NCBI GenBank assembly: GCA_963846575.1
Contig: CAWJWJ010000002.1
Span: forward strand, 192,001-256,000
From: an uncultured Nitrospiraceae bacterium
GTDB lineage: Bacteria > Nitrospirota > Nitrospiria > Nitrospirales > Nitrospiraceae
Direction: 5' to 3'
DNA: 64,000 bases
In this document: positions 62,921-64,000 of the stretch, in pieces
Layout of the letters: every line of letters begins with the position of its first letter
Numbering within the stretch: the stretch's first letter is position 1
Position numbers and translations under genes: made by a program
Notes under the pieces: model-generated
The model's input: only the letters and a program-made list of their open reading frames with translations
What the model was told of the DNA's origin: nothing
Databases searched by the model: none

Positions 62921-63880
62921 TTACCGGCCAAGGCGGTAACTGAGGGGAATCTGAATCGTCACCGGGGATTTCTCGAGCGGCCGCGATAACGCGATCGGTG
63001 AGGCTCGACGGAGTGTGTCGAGTGCGGCCTGATCGAGGACGTCGTGCCCGGAGCTCTTTGCAATCGCGATAGAGGCGATCCTCCCGTCATCTTCGATCAC
63101 AATTCTCAGGATCACGCGACCTTCCAGATGGTTCAGTCGTGCGGAGGCAGGATATTGCTTCAGCGATTCGATTCTCTGGAGAAGGGAATCGGCGAGCCAT
63201 CCGTAGTCGGGTTTCCGGACCCCGGGGGGCGCGATCGCTGGCGAAGGTACCGACGCGACGTGCGGATTTGAAGTTTCCGGGTGAGGCGCCGCCGCTGACT
63301 CCGGCAACCGGGTGGACGGATCAACAGGAGGAGAAGCATGCGCTTCCAGCGGAGCCGGTGTCTGCTGAAGAGCAGGCAGATCCTCAGGGGTTGCCGTTGA
63401 CGGCATCCCTCCAGAGTGTGGAACGTCCGGCTCACTTGTCATCCGCTGCTGTTCCTGAACAGGCTCAGGTGTGCTCTCAGCTAAGGGCTGTCGAGATTCA
63501 ACATATTGAGGTGTGGGCTCTGAATTGTGGGGCGGATGGCCGGGAGCTGTGGTCGTCAGGGGCGGTACCGGTGCGGCTTGGGACGGTTTGACGGATGGAC
63601 TGCTGCGTGCCTTCTTAGCAGACGGGCCTGGAGGTCTTGGTTTAGGATTCTCGGGAGCAGCGGTCGCTTCGGAGGGCCCCGGCTCCCCGGTGCCGGGGTC
63701 TGCTGGATGAACAACCGTCACATCCCATTGAAACAACGGAGAGGGAGGCGCCAGGCGGATTTTAGCTACCAGGAGGCCTGCCAGGAAGATGATACCGACA
63801 TGGAGAGATAGTGAGACGATCCACCCGCTGGTCCGGAGTCGGAACAGGTCGCCGGGTATCCCGGGGTGCTGGGTGGTCAC
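62921..63880 (-). CDS. tonB: TonB family energy transducer
   Basis: TM with SLSLH, Pro-rich linker, YP..AR...LEG.V, SSG..VLD.AAL. Confidence 0.9.
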   Translation of the reverse strand: MTTQHPGIPGDLFRLRTSGWIVSLSLHVGIIFLAGLLVAKIRLAPPSPLFQWDVTVVHPADPGTGEPGPSEATAAPENPKPRPPGPSAKKARSSPSVKPSQAAPVPPLTTTAPGHPPHNSEPTPQYVESRQPLAESTPEPVQEQQRMTSEPDVPHSGGMPSTATPEDLPALQQTPAPLEAHASPPVDPSTRLPESAAAPHPETSNPHVASVPSPAIAPPGVRKPDYGWLADSLLQRIESLKQYPASARLNHLEGRVILRIVIEDDGRIASIAIAKSSGHDVLDQAALDTLRRASPIALSRPLEKSPVTIQIPLSYRLGR

Positions 63881-63999
63881 AAACGCACAACCTCCAGACT
63901 CACAGATTGAAATCCCAATCCTCGTATCTCGTCTACGACTGAGACGAACCGCTCCAACATCGTCACTTTGTCGGCTCGGACGACGACCAGCGATTCACG
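63877..63999 (-). CDS. exbD: ExbD/TolR family protein, C-terminal part (runs off the window)
   Basis: Hand translation ...RESLVVVRADKVTMLERFVSVVDEIRGLGFQSVSLEVVRL*; stop overlaps the tonB GTG. Confidence 0.8.
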   Translation of the reverse strand, partial: RESLVVVRADKVTMLERFVSVVDEIRGLGFQSVSLEVVRL

Positions 64000-64000
64000 G

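Overview
Mostly core chromosome from a Gram-negative bacterium. The gene content (five-subunit 2-oxoacid:ferredoxin oxidoreductase, short HisG, ilv-psd-pssA-leuA block) points to Nitrospira/Nitrospirota, which is an inference. Left to right: a GAF sensor kinase, a YheT hydrolase, tRNA-Asn, a forDABGE-type operon, rho-rpmE-prfA-prmC-murA-his operon, dnaG-rpoD-tRNA-Ile2, RNase HIII, an M48 peptidase, RNase P RNA, ilvBNC-psd-pssA, a Leu T-box riboswitch before leuA-cupin-leuB-NHL-asd-spoIID-queA, mreBCD-mrdA-rodA-rng and dprA-topA. The last ~10 kb is an iron/redox island: two complementary bacterioferritins, AraC, HD-GYP, a His-containing membrane protein, an FMN-binding protein, a lipoprotein, a porin, ApbE, TonB and ExbD. 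The most notable item is a 59-aa Com-like Cys4 finger ORF (60546-60725, below the ORF-track cutoff). It sits behind a Fur-like box and directly upstream of a porin leader with GAG(A/T)C repeats folded into a hairpin abutting the Shine-Dalgarno. This suggests a Mu com/mom-like translational switch on a putative flavinylation-based iron-acquisition operon. No CRISPR array, transposase or integrase was seen. All calls come from reading motifs by eye; no database search was run.
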